In this document: positions 30,811-40,142 of the stretch, piece by piece | How the letters are laid out: each line of letters opens with the position of its first letter | How positions within the stretch are numbered: position 1 is the stretch's first letter | Assembly: GCA_029061605.1 (NCBI GenBank) | Contig: JAIDRT010000045.1 | Span: 808-64,807, forward strand | Reading direction: 5' to 3' | Source of the DNA: Clostridia bacterium | GTDB lineage: Bacteria > Bacillota > Clostridia > Christensenellales > UBA3700 | DNA: 64,000 bases | Program-made: the position numbers and the translations under genes | The notes under the pieces: generated by a model | Databases searched by the model: none | Seen by the model: the letters and a program-made list of their open reading frames with translations, nothing else | Told to the model about the DNA's origin: nothing

Positions 30811-31620
30811 ATGAGCGATTGCACGCACGACTGTTCGAGTTGCGGACAGGATTGCAATGAGCGTAACGCGCAACAAAAACCTGCGCTAAACAAGTTTTCT
30901 AAGGTAGGCAAGGTCTATGCCGTGATGAGCGGTAAGGGCGGAGTAGGTAAGTCAATGGTGACGAGTATGCTGGCGGTCTTGAGCAGACGGCTTGGCAAAA
31001 GTGTGGCGGTACTTGACGGAGATATAATAGGCGCGTCTATGGCAAAGTCATTTGGCATAAAAGAAAAGGCTATGGGTTGCGACAAGGGCATCATACCCGC
31101 TCAGAGCGTGACAGGAATAAAGGTCGTGTCTATGAATATGTTTCTTAAAGAAGACACGAATCCCATTGTGTGGCGTTCAAGTTTGGTTACCGGCGCGGTC
31201 ACGCAATTTTGGACGGACGTTTATTGGGGCGACGTTGATACTATGTTTATTGATATGCCTCCAGGCACAGGCGACGTGGCGTTGACAGTATTCCAAAGTC
31301 TTCCTGTTGATGGAATTATTATGGTGACGACGCCTCAAGAACTTGTCAGTATGATAGTCTCCAAAGGCGTTGAGATGGCAAAGATGATGAATATTCCAGT
31401 GCTTGCGATAGTGGAAAATATGTCATATTATCAATGCGACAAGTGCGGCGAAAAGTTGAATATCTTTGGTGAGAGCAACGTGGATGGAATAGCCAAGCAG
31501 TATGGCATAGACAAAGTCGTCAAGATGCCTATTGACAGGTTGTTTGCGACTGCGTGCGACAACGGCGCTATAGAGTATTGCGAGAGCAACTGGCTAGAAG
31601 AATTGGCTAAGTCGCTATGA
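30811..31620 (+). CDS. Mrp/NBP35 (ApbC) Fe-S carrier ATPase
   Basis: N-terminal CTHDCSSC, SGKGGVGKS, DMPPGTGD, ENMS..CxxC. Confidence 0.92.
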   Translation: MSDCTHDCSSCGQDCNERNAQQKPALNKFSKVGKVYAVMSGKGGVGKSMVTSMLAVLSRRLGKSVAVLDGDIIGASMAKSFGIKEKAMGCDKGIIPAQSVTGIKVVSMNMFLKEDTNPIVWRSSLVTGAVTQFWTDVYWGDVDTMFIDMPPGTGDVALTVFQSLPVDGIIMVTTPQELVSMIVSKGVEMAKMMNIPVLAIVENMSYYQCDKCGEKLNIFGESNVDGIAKQYGIDKVVKMPIDRLFATACDNGAIEYCESNWLEELAKSL

Positions 31621-31681
31621 TGTCCGTTTAATATTAAAATAGTATTAAAAATTCTTGTAATTTAGAAATCAAATTCTTATT

Positions 31682-31708
31682 AAAGTGGCAAAATTTTGCC
31701 ACTTTTTT
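31682..31708 (+). terminator. Intrinsic terminator
   Basis: AAAGTGGCAA/TTGCCACTTT followed by a T-run. Confidence 0.7.
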
Positions 31709-31788
31709 ATATATTTTAAAAAATATAGACAAATGCTTTAAAAAATGCTAAAATATTAATACCCATAATGCAAGCGGAGGAACTCAAT

Positions 31789-32472
31789 ATGCGAATGAGA
31801 AGAAAGCATAATCTTGACGAGCGACTTGAAGAAGTGAGCGGATTGATAATCGAGCGCACTATTGCAGATCTCAATATGAAGACTTCCGTGTCAAAGAAGG
31901 ATTATATCAACTTCAAAGAAGTGTTTGGCAACGACAACGCCGTAGAATTGGAGATAGGATGCGGAAAGGGCAGGTTCATAACGGATCTTGCAAAGCGCAA
32001 TCCCGATGTAAATTATATAGCAATAGAGATGCTCTCCAACGTAATCGTCGAGGCGTGCGAAAGAGTAAAGAAAGAGGGACTGAAAAACGTGCGTTTTATG
32101 ATACTTAGAGCAGAGTGTCTACAGAGTTATTTCCCACCGCATAGCGTATCGCGCATACATATCAATTTCCCCACGCCGTTGCCGCAAAAGGGGTATGAGA
32201 AACAAAGACTGACCAACAGGAAGTTTTTGGAAATATATAAAGATATTTTGACGCAGGGCGGAGAGATATATCACAAGACTGATAATAAAACTATGTTTGA
32301 ATATTCAATATGCGAATTGTCGCAAAACGGATTTGCGCTCAAAAATCTTACTTTTGATTTGCATAGATCCGATTACAAGAATAATATAATGACAGAACAC
32401 GAAGTGAAATATACAGATATGGATATGCCGATTTACAGATTGGAAGCATATTTGCCGGAGAGCAATAAATGA
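31789..32472 (+). CDS. trmB: tRNA (guanine-N7)-methyltransferase
   Basis: MRMRRK start after GGAGGA, LEIGCGKG, NFPTP, RLT, KTDN. Confidence 0.92.
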   Translation: MRMRRKHNLDERLEEVSGLIIERTIADLNMKTSVSKKDYINFKEVFGNDNAVELEIGCGKGRFITDLAKRNPDVNYIAIEMLSNVIVEACERVKKEGLKNVRFMILRAECLQSYFPPHSVSRIHINFPTPLPQKGYEKQRLTNRKFLEIYKDILTQGGEIYHKTDNKTMFEYSICELSQNGFALKNLTFDLHRSDYKNNIMTEHEVKYTDMDMPIYRLEAYLPESNK

Positions 32473-34952
32473 AAAAGACATACAGACGTATAGCCCTGAT
32501 ATTGATTTTGTTACTTGCGACGCTCATTTCGCTTACGGCTTGTAATTTAAGTGGAATAGGCGACGCGCTCAAAACTGATATTGCTAAGTGCGATATATCG
32601 TTGTCTGCTACGGTTTATCAGTACACTGGACAAGAGATAAGACCCGACGTAACAGTCAAATATTTTAACAAAGTCTTAGAACTTGATACGGATTACGGCG
32701 TAGAGTATTCCAATAATATTGATGTAGGCAAAGGTCAGATAAAGATATCCGGCAGAGACAAATTCAACGGAGAAGTAACCAAAGAGTTTGATATCGTCAA
32801 AGAATTAGAGAATAAAGATCCCGATTTGTCAAGCGGCGACGTTTCGCCGAAGCCTGATCCGGCGCCTGAAGAGAAGTTCATTGAATATAAGTTTATCGCA
32901 GACGGAGCAGAACTTGTCGACGGACAACTTAATCAAAGAGTGAAGAGCGCGGATCAAATTGTTGCGCCTGTCGTAACCAAACGCGGTTATCAATTTGTGT
33001 ATTGGACGTATGAAGGCGAAGAAGTCGACTTTGACGACGTAGATACTTTGCCGCAACAGGATGCAATCTTTGTCGCAGAATTTTCTATTATCACATATAC
33101 CGTTGAATACAACCTCAATGGAGGAGAAAACAGTTCCCTCAACAAGTCAGAATATACTGTAGAAGATATTTTCCAATTGCAAGACGCAACGAGATATGAC
33201 AAGAAGTTTGTCGGTTGGTATCTTGACCAAGACTTTGACGAGAAGTTGACTTCTTTATCAGGCGTTGCTTACAATCTCGTACTTTACGCCAAATTTGTAG
33301 ATTTCGATTATAAGAAAACGCTTTCTTACGTCTTGCCGGCTGACGTCGACGGAGAATATCAAGAAGTAATGCTTTATCCCGGTACTGCTTTGACGAGACC
33401 TGCCGAGGTATTGTCTACCGACGGTAGCAAAAAACTCGTATGGTATGTGGACGAAGATATGACTGTAAGACATAATTTGCGTTATATGCCTGACGCTGAT
33501 TTGACTTTGTACGCGCGTTGGGAAGATAAGTTGTACGCAGGTTTTTTGGATAAGGGCTGGTATGATATCAATGATATAAAGTCGATTGACAGTTATGAAG
33601 ATATGCTGGCATACGTAGAGTTTATATACTTTTATAATATCACCGAAGAATATACAAAGAGCATTACCTACGTCAATGGAGCAAAAAACATTAAGGCGGA
33701 ATTTAGTAAAGCGATTGACGAGTGTACTTTTCCCAAAATGACAGGCATTACTTACAATGGCTATCCCAATAATACAGGCTCTGTTTGGATGCATATAAAC
33801 TTAAGCGAGCAAGCAACGCTTTCTGCGACTGCTCAAGAAGATTACTATCCTCAGATAGGTCACGTGTTCAATAATTACGTCAGCAACCGAAGAGTCAACT
33901 TTGACGATTTTGCAATAAATTACGTCGACAAGACATATGAGTGTACTACGTCCGACCAACTCTTTTACGTGCTTTCGCACGGCTACTGTCCATTGCCTGT
34001 AAGAGGCTCTATTGCTTATAGGATATACAACAAATTCAAGGAAATTATGCGCGGTATATGCGACGACAGAATGACAGATTTGCAAAAGGCAAGAGCAATT
34101 TTCGATTGGCTTATTATCAACGTATATTACGACAACAACGTCGCTGACACGACATTGCCTCAAGCAAGTTATAAATACAATGCGTTTTATCTCGAAGGCG
34201 TTCTCAACGGCTCAGCAGTTTGCGACGGTTTGTCTAAGGCGTATTCTGTGATGTGCGCGATTGAGGGAATAGACTGCGTTCGCGTTACAGGTACGTTAAA
34301 AGACGCCAAAGAAGGCGACGCCGGACACGCTTGGAACAAAATTCAGATTATGGGCGAGTGGTTTTTATCCGACTCGACTTGGGGCAACAGAGTTATTCCC
34401 CTCCAAAATGATAACTATGAATACCTCAACGGACAATACTTCTTGTTTACCGACTTGGAGAGGTCGGAGATAGACAATTATAATTCCGATCAGTATTCTC
34501 AATACGTTGCAGACAGCGAGTTCAATTATTACGACAACTTTAATATGCAACTTGAAATTGTGGAGAAAAACCTCTGGGGAATAGTAATAGATAGATATGA
34601 CCGTTCGTTTGACTTGTATATTGACGGAGATACGGCGCAAGGATACGGCGTTGTAGACGAGATGAGTTACGTCTTTGAGTATATTGACAAGAATATAGAC
34701 TCTCTTGAGGGAATGTCGTTCTGCATTATGCTTGGCGAAGATATGGCGATTTCCAAGATAGAAGAGGCTCTTAACGTTTACAGAAAAAGGGTTGGTAGCA
34801 GTAAGGCAAAAATTTCAAGATACAGTTTGATAGGAGACGTTAGCGATATTATCGACCCAGAAAACAAAATATATAGGGCAGGCTCGATATTGACGATTAT
34901 TCTTTCGTTGCCGCAGACTGGCTCAGAGGCGTCAATTCAAGAAGCGGCTTAA
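32469..34952 (+). CDS. Lipoprotein with InlB B-repeat-like domains and a transglutaminase-like (Cys-His-Asp) domain
   Basis: LTAC lipobox; YNLNGG/FVGWY/LYAKF and LYARW repeats; AVCDG, GHAWN, DSTW. Confidence 0.85.
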   Translation: MKKTYRRIALILILLLATLISLTACNLSGIGDALKTDIAKCDISLSATVYQYTGQEIRPDVTVKYFNKVLELDTDYGVEYSNNIDVGKGQIKISGRDKFNGEVTKEFDIVKELENKDPDLSSGDVSPKPDPAPEEKFIEYKFIADGAELVDGQLNQRVKSADQIVAPVVTKRGYQFVYWTYEGEEVDFDDVDTLPQQDAIFVAEFSIITYTVEYNLNGGENSSLNKSEYTVEDIFQLQDATRYDKKFVGWYLDQDFDEKLTSLSGVAYNLVLYAKFVDFDYKKTLSYVLPADVDGEYQEVMLYPGTALTRPAEVLSTDGSKKLVWYVDEDMTVRHNLRYMPDADLTLYARWEDKLYAGFLDKGWYDINDIKSIDSYEDMLAYVEFIYFYNITEEYTKSITYVNGAKNIKAEFSKAIDECTFPKMTGITYNGYPNNTGSVWMHINLSEQATLSATAQEDYYPQIGHVFNNYVSNRRVNFDDFAINYVDKTYECTTSDQLFYVLSHGYCPLPVRGSIAYRIYNKFKEIMRGICDDRMTDLQKARAIFDWLIINVYYDNNVADTTLPQASYKYNAFYLEGVLNGSAVCDGLSKAYSVMCAIEGIDCVRVTGTLKDAKEGDAGHAWNKIQIMGEWFLSDSTWGNRVIPLQNDNYEYLNGQYFLFTDLERSEIDNYNSDQYSQYVADSEFNYYDNFNMQLEIVEKNLWGIVIDRYDRSFDLYIDGDTAQGYGVVDEMSYVFEYIDKNIDSLEGMSFCIMLGEDMAISKIEEALNVYRKRVGSSKAKISRYSLIGDVSDIIDPENKIYRAGSILTIILSLPQTGSEASIQEAA

Positions 34953-35049
34953 TGCGCACTTATAAATTATTTTAATTTTATCTCTCGTTTTATTTTGAGA
35001 AATTTGAGTTTTGCATTATAATGTCTATACTCAACAAAAGGATCAAACT

Positions 35050-36036
35050 ATGTGGGACGTCTTGCTTGACGCGTTTTTGGACACTATCAAGTTATCTTGG
35101 ATACTTCTTGTATTTTATATACTGATAGAACTTGTCGAACAAAAAATCGCCGTCAAAATGAATTCAAAACTCAAATCAAACTACGCCGTAGCAGTCGGCG
35201 CAGGTTTTGGCATAGTTCCGCAATGCGGTTTTTCCGTGCTTGCGTCAGATCTCTATTCCCGCCGACAAATTACTTTGGGAGCGTTGCTGGCGGTATTTAT
35301 TGCCACTTCCGACGAGGCGTTGCCAATACTTTTTTCGCATATCAACGAGCAGGGCGTCTGGTTAAAACTTCTTGCGCTGATATTATCTAAGTTTGTGTTG
35401 GCGCTTATAGTAGGTTATGCAGTTGATTTGACAGTCAGATTAGCAAGGAAGAAACAATCTTCAATTCAAGCCGATACAGTTGAGTCGACTGAAGAACATA
35501 TTCACGAAGACCACGACCATATTGACGAAGAAGAACACAGCCACGACCATTCTCACGAAGATAATCACGAAGATGAAGAAGTAGATATACACAAAGGGTG
35601 TTGCGGACATCATATTGACGATAAAAAGGAGAGCAACGTCAAAAAATATCTTGTGCATCCGCTGTTGCATACTCTCAAGATATTGGCGTATATCTTTATT
35701 ATAAATATCGTGATGGGAATTATAGTATATTACGTCGGCGAAGAGAGACTTGCCGAATTTATGTCCAAGAGCGGAGTATTGCAACCTATATTGGTCACGC
35801 TTGTCGGACTTATTCCCAATTGCGCATCAAGCGTAATTATCACAGAACTATTTCTAGGCGGAGCAATCTCTTTTGGCTCTTGTCTAGGCGGACTTATCGT
35901 CAATGCCGGACTTGGCATAGCATTTCTTTTCAAAGCCAATAAGCATATCAAAGAGAATTTTGCAATAGTGTGCGGACTGTTTGTATTCGCCGTAGTCGTT
36001 GCGATTGCGTTCCATTATATTATTCCTCAATTTTAA
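35050..36036 (+). CDS. Putative metal (manganese-type) transporter/permease with a His-rich loop
   Basis: PQCGFS, ATSDEA, IPNCASS motifs; His/Asp/Glu-rich segment followed by GCCGHH. Confidence 0.75.
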   Translation: MWDVLLDAFLDTIKLSWILLVFYILIELVEQKIAVKMNSKLKSNYAVAVGAGFGIVPQCGFSVLASDLYSRRQITLGALLAVFIATSDEALPILFSHINEQGVWLKLLALILSKFVLALIVGYAVDLTVRLARKKQSSIQADTVESTEEHIHEDHDHIDEEEHSHDHSHEDNHEDEEVDIHKGCCGHHIDDKKESNVKKYLVHPLLHTLKILAYIFIINIVMGIIVYYVGEERLAEFMSKSGVLQPILVTLVGLIPNCASSVIITELFLGGAISFGSCLGGLIVNAGLGIAFLFKANKHIKENFAIVCGLFVFAVVVAIAFHYIIPQF

Positions 36037-36061
36037 TATGATTACGTTATTCGTACTGCTA

Positions 36062-36088
36062 TCATTTTGAGCGAAGTCGAGAAATCTC
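36062..36088 (+). repeat. Partial copy of the GTCATT..GAAG..GAGAAATCTC palindromic repeat
   Basis: TCATTTTGAGCGAAGTCGAGAAATCTC matches the 5' arm at 59463. Confidence 0.65.
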
Positions 36089-36176
36089 AACCGATTAAAA
36101 GGTCTAATCTAATTTATATCAATTTAATTTTCTTAAAACTCTTTTCAAAATTATTATTGTATGTTAAAATAATCCT

Positions 36177-36509
36177 ATGGCAGACAAGAACAAAGAAAAA
36201 GCAAAAAAGGATATGAAGATGTATCAGTGGCTTTATTTCACGCCGTTTAGCATTATTGGCGCTATTGGCGTAATAGCAGTCGCTATAGTAGCCATTCTCA
36301 TATTCGTATGTTCGGCGAAGTATCTTGTCGTAAGTTTTACGTTGGAGAGCGCAAAGATTTTTCCTGCGCTGGTCTTGACTTTCATTGGTCTGTGCGTAGT
36401 TGCGGTACTAGTATTTTCTGAAGTAATTTTAATCAAGAAATATATTAAAGCGCTCAAAGAGTTTATTGAAGAGAAAGAAGAAGTATCAAGCGACAATTCT
36501 ACGCATTAG
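36177..36509 (+). CDS. Small hypothetical membrane protein (2 TM)
   Basis: Two hydrophobic segments; extended -10 sits 6 nt before the ATG. Confidence 0.65.
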   Translation: MADKNKEKAKKDMKMYQWLYFTPFSIIGAIGVIAVAIVAILIFVCSAKYLVVSFTLESAKIFPALVLTFIGLCVVAVLVFSEVILIKKYIKALKEFIEEKEEVSSDNSTH

Positions 36510-36516
36510 GAACGAT

Positions 36517-37368
36517 ATGGTGAAAGTTACTAATAAAAATTCACAAGAAGTCTCAATTGTCGAAGATTCACAAGAAACCATTGATGAAAGAAATAGAAAG
36601 GAAAAATTACGCAAAGCAATACGCAATGCTATTGCGGCGTGGATAATTTTTGGTCTATTATTTTGCGGCGGTATTGTATTTTTAATTTACAGCGGAGTAA
36701 GAAAAGAGTTTCGCTATAATAATTGGGTGAAAACTGAGGCGGTTGTAGTCAGTCAAGAAGTTCAAGAAGAATACGATGAAGAAAATAACAAAACAGAGCA
36801 TTTTTATCACGCGGTTTTCAAATACGAATTTGACGGAATAGAGTATAGCGTTGCCGACAAGACTGGAGGAAGTTCGCCCATATATAAAGTAGGCGATATT
36901 GTTACAATTTATGTCAATCCAAAAAATCCAAAAGATTTTGAATCTCAAGCAACTACGCAGTTTTTCTTTATTTTTGGCAGTTTGATGTTGATAATATCTT
37001 TTTGCGCTTTGTGTTTTGCTACTGCGCCGGTATTGGACGTAGCGTTTCCCAAAGCCGATTGGACAGACTATGTTGGACGTTATTTACCGTTTGCCATTTT
37101 CGCTTGGTCGATTACTATATTATCGGCAATTATGATGAAAGCACATTCGGCGTGGAATATAAGTGCGTTGATTGTCTTTATAGTAGCGTTAATTTTATCG
37201 GTATTTATTTCGATAGTAATGATAAAGAGTATCGTAGAAAATACTATGAGACGAAAAAGAATTGACAAAAAAGTTGCTGAAATTGACGAAAGATTAAAGG
37301 AGTTGGAAGAGTTCAAAGAGCAGCATCTCGAACTCTTCAAAGGACAGTCAAAAGATAAAATGCACTAA
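36517..37368 (+). CDS. DUF3592-domain membrane protein
   Basis: W..TEAVVV, Y.FDG.EY, YKVGDIVTIYVNPKNP; several TM helices. Confidence 0.75.
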   Translation: MVKVTNKNSQEVSIVEDSQETIDERNRKEKLRKAIRNAIAAWIIFGLLFCGGIVFLIYSGVRKEFRYNNWVKTEAVVVSQEVQEEYDEENNKTEHFYHAVFKYEFDGIEYSVADKTGGSSPIYKVGDIVTIYVNPKNPKDFESQATTQFFFIFGSLMLIISFCALCFATAPVLDVAFPKADWTDYVGRYLPFAIFAWSITILSAIMMKAHSAWNISALIVFIVALILSVFISIVMIKSIVENTMRRKRIDKKVAEIDERLKELEEFKEQHLELFKGQSKDKMH

Positions 37369-37428
37369 TCTCATTAAAATAATTGCAAGCACTTTTTTGA
37401 TTCTAAATTTATATGTTATAATAAGCGT

Positions 37429-38244
37429 ATGAGAGGCAAGTATAAAAACAAAAAACTTATAAAAGACAATGGAAATGACGAGATAAATACAGAAAAGTCA
37501 TTTATAGAAGTACCTGTCGAAGTATATGAAAAAGATATCAGAACGCGCGCTGCAATTCGTAGAGCAATTACGCCTATTGTAATTTTTGGTTTAATATTAT
37601 TTGTTGGTGTTTTTCTCATAATTTACGGTGCAAAGCCAAGTTTATTTCGAGACAAGAGTTTTGTCCCCACACAAGCGACAATAGTAAAGTATGAATGGAG
37701 ATATAATCCGCCGTCATATTTTGGAAGCAGTTATCATCCTTCGCATTGGTCACCGCATCCTGTTTTCAACTACGTCTACGATGGCAAAGAATATACAGTA
37801 GAAAGCCGCGTTGCCGTCTATCCAATACCTTATGAAGTTGGCGAAAAGATTACGATATACGTCAACCCCAGCAATCCAACTGACGTCGTATCTCCTATAG
37901 CCGACCAAATGTATATCTACATAGGAATAGGAATAATCGTAGCGTCAGTTTTAGCGTTGTGTATATTGGCGCTCTATCCTATATTAAAAGCCAAGTATCC
38001 TACGTCGCATTGGCACAAATTCCTTACATTATATATTCCGTCAATGATATTTCTCTGGGGCATTGTAATTTTATATTGTGTTTCATCAAGCGGATTTTCT
38101 AAAGACAATATTGAAGCGATAATATTGTTAGTATTCTTAATTGCCGTTGCGGGTTTCATTTCTACGATAATGATAAAAGATATGATAATGACTATTCGAG
38201 ATTACGTAAAACAAAAGGCAAGCGGTCACAACAAAAAATCATAA
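37429..38244 (+). CDS. DUF3592-domain membrane protein (paralog of the preceding gene)
   Basis: TQATIV, YVYDGKEY, YEVGEKITIYVNPSNP. Confidence 0.75.
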   Translation: MRGKYKNKKLIKDNGNDEINTEKSFIEVPVEVYEKDIRTRAAIRRAITPIVIFGLILFVGVFLIIYGAKPSLFRDKSFVPTQATIVKYEWRYNPPSYFGSSYHPSHWSPHPVFNYVYDGKEYTVESRVAVYPIPYEVGEKITIYVNPSNPTDVVSPIADQMYIYIGIGIIVASVLALCILALYPILKAKYPTSHWHKFLTLYIPSMIFLWGIVILYCVSSSGFSKDNIEAIILLVFLIAVAGFISTIMIKDMIMTIRDYVKQKASGHNKKS

Positions 38245-39360
38245 TTGACGAAGCACCGCCACGCTACTTACGCTTATACCTTCTTCACGGCCTGCCATAC
38301 CAAGTTTTTCGGTGGTGGTGGCGGATATACTTACGCAGTTTTCTTCAATGCCAATAATATCAGCAAGACTTTTTTGAATAGTGGGTATATGAGGAGAGAG
38401 TTTTGGCTTTTGCGCCATAATAACCGCGCTGACAGATTTGACGGCAAGTCTTTTTGACTTTGCCAGATTAAGCACTTCTTGCAGCAATTTTACGCTGCTT
38501 ATATCCTTATACCTGTCGTCGCTGTCGGGAAAGAGCACGCCTATATCTCGCTCGTGCATAGCGGAGAGTATCGCGTCCATAATTGCGTGTATCAGCACGT
38601 CGCCGTCGCTGTGCGCAACAAGTCCCTTATCGTGCGGTATTTGCACGCCGCCTAGTATCAACTTCCTGCCAAAGTCAAGTCTATGCGTGTCCCAACCGTT
38701 GCCGATCAAAAGTCCGCCGTTGAGATTTTTGCAATCTGACGGAGTGGTGACTTTGATATTTTCTTCGCTGCCGTAAGTTAGACGTATCGGCTTTTGGATA
38801 TATTCTTCATACAGCGTAGCGTCATCAGAGAAGTCTTTGCCGTTTGCCAAAGCGTAAGCCTTGACTATTTCGTCTTTTTTAAAAATCTGTGGAGTCTGCA
38901 CGCGTATTATTTTGGAGCGGTCTATAGCTTGAGATTTGCCCTCGTCTACGATACGAAGAGAATCTACGCTGTTGACGTAGAGTACGCTGTTGCCGTATTC
39001 TATAGCGTCTTGTATACCTTTCTCAAGACACTTTTTGGGCAAAAAGCATCTTGCGCCGTCGTGTATAATTACAAAGTCGCAATCTTCTTCTACGCATTTA
39101 AGCGCGTTTGAAATAGATTGACTGCGGCTTGCTCCGCCTTCGCAGAGAATAATATTATCCCTGCCTTGGACGATATTTTCAACCGTAGCCTTATCGTTTA
39201 CGTTATAGGCGATTATAATCTTTGATATATCATTGTGGCAAAAGCAGTTAATAGTTTTTTCAAGCAGAGTAGTGCCGCCCACGTTAAGCAGTAGTTTATT
39301 GTACCCAAGACCGCATCTTTCGCCCATACCTCCGCACGCGAGTATTACGTCAAACTTCAT
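38239..39360 (-). CDS. ispDF: Bifunctional IspD/IspF
   Basis: IHDGAR, VQTPQ, NIKVTT (IspD); GWDTHRL, HSDGDVLIHA, TTEKLG (IspF). Confidence 0.93.
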   Translation of the reverse strand: MKFDVILACGGMGERCGLGYNKLLLNVGGTTLLEKTINCFCHNDISKIIIAYNVNDKATVENIVQGRDNIILCEGGASRSQSISNALKCVEEDCDFVIIHDGARCFLPKKCLEKGIQDAIEYGNSVLYVNSVDSLRIVDEGKSQAIDRSKIIRVQTPQIFKKDEIVKAYALANGKDFSDDATLYEEYIQKPIRLTYGSEENIKVTTPSDCKNLNGGLLIGNGWDTHRLDFGRKLILGGVQIPHDKGLVAHSDGDVLIHAIMDAILSAMHERDIGVLFPDSDDRYKDISSVKLLQEVLNLAKSKRLAVKSVSAVIMAQKPKLSPHIPTIQKSLADIIGIEENCVSISATTTEKLGMAGREEGISVSSVAVLRQL

Positions 39361-39601
39361 CGCTTATGACCTCATACATATCACTGCATTCTTGCTTTTT
39401 GGCGTTTTCGTTGACTTGCAAAATCTTGAAAGAAAATTCTTTGTCACCAAAAAAAAGAGTGACTACGTCGCCTACTTTGACTTGCGTTCCCGCCTTGGCT
39501 TGACGGCCGTTGATTTGCGCTCTTCCGCTGTCGCAAGCGTCGTTGGCGACAGTTCTGCGTTTGATTATTCGTGATACTTTCAAAAATTTATCTAATCTCA
39601 T
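39350..39601 (-). CDS. rqcP: S4-domain RNA-binding protein YabO/RqcP
   Basis: MRLDKFLKVSRIIKRRTVA..AC..GR..ING..AK. Confidence 0.88.
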   Translation of the reverse strand: MRLDKFLKVSRIIKRRTVANDACDSGRAQINGRQAKAGTQVKVGDVVTLFFGDKEFSFKILQVNENAKKQECSDMYEVISDEV

Positions 39602-39973
39602 ATTGCCTCGTTCTAGTTAATCTAGTATTGATAAATATTTAATAATATATATTATATATAAAATATTATAGCAAACTTGCCATTAATATTCAATACTATT
39701 ATAAAATAAAAAAGGCGAATTTAACAAAAATATTTTTATTAAAAATGCGAATATATTATAAAAAGTTCCATATAATTTATAAAAAATATGCAAATATATA
39801 CATAAAGTTTCTGTTGGTTGAATTTTTCAATCAAAAAATCGGTTAAACGATACAAAAAAGAATTTTGACCGTAGAAGTATTGCCATCCAGCGAAGCCAAC
39901 AGAAATATAGGCGCAAAATTTTAATTTTATATAATATAAATATAAAAATTTTATAAAAAAGTTAAAAAAATCG

Positions 39974-40002
39974 TTGACAATGCTTGCCTCTTTTGCTACA
40001 AT
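39974..40002 (+). promoter_or_regulatory. Sigma-A promoter of rpoBC
   Basis: TTGACA-17 nt-TACAAT with TG extension and an AT-rich UP region. Confidence 0.8.
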
Positions 40003-40142
40003 CTATAATTGTGTAATTATGTATAATGCCTAATTAGCCTAAAAAACTGTCGTTTTAGCAAAGAATTATGCAATCAAGACAAAGTTTTTCGCTTTAAGGC
40101 GCCAGGCAACAGATTATCGAAAATTTTTAAGGAGGGTGCAAT

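Noticed and set aside
35491-35620. Repetitive CACGA/GAAGA tract considered as a DNA repeat or contingency locus
   Set aside because: It simply encodes the His/Asp/Glu-rich metal-binding loop of the permease.
39602-39973. AT-rich gap considered as a replication origin
   Set aside because: No clustered DnaA boxes (TTATCCACA) and no dnaA/rep gene nearby; consistent with divergent promoters and UP elements.
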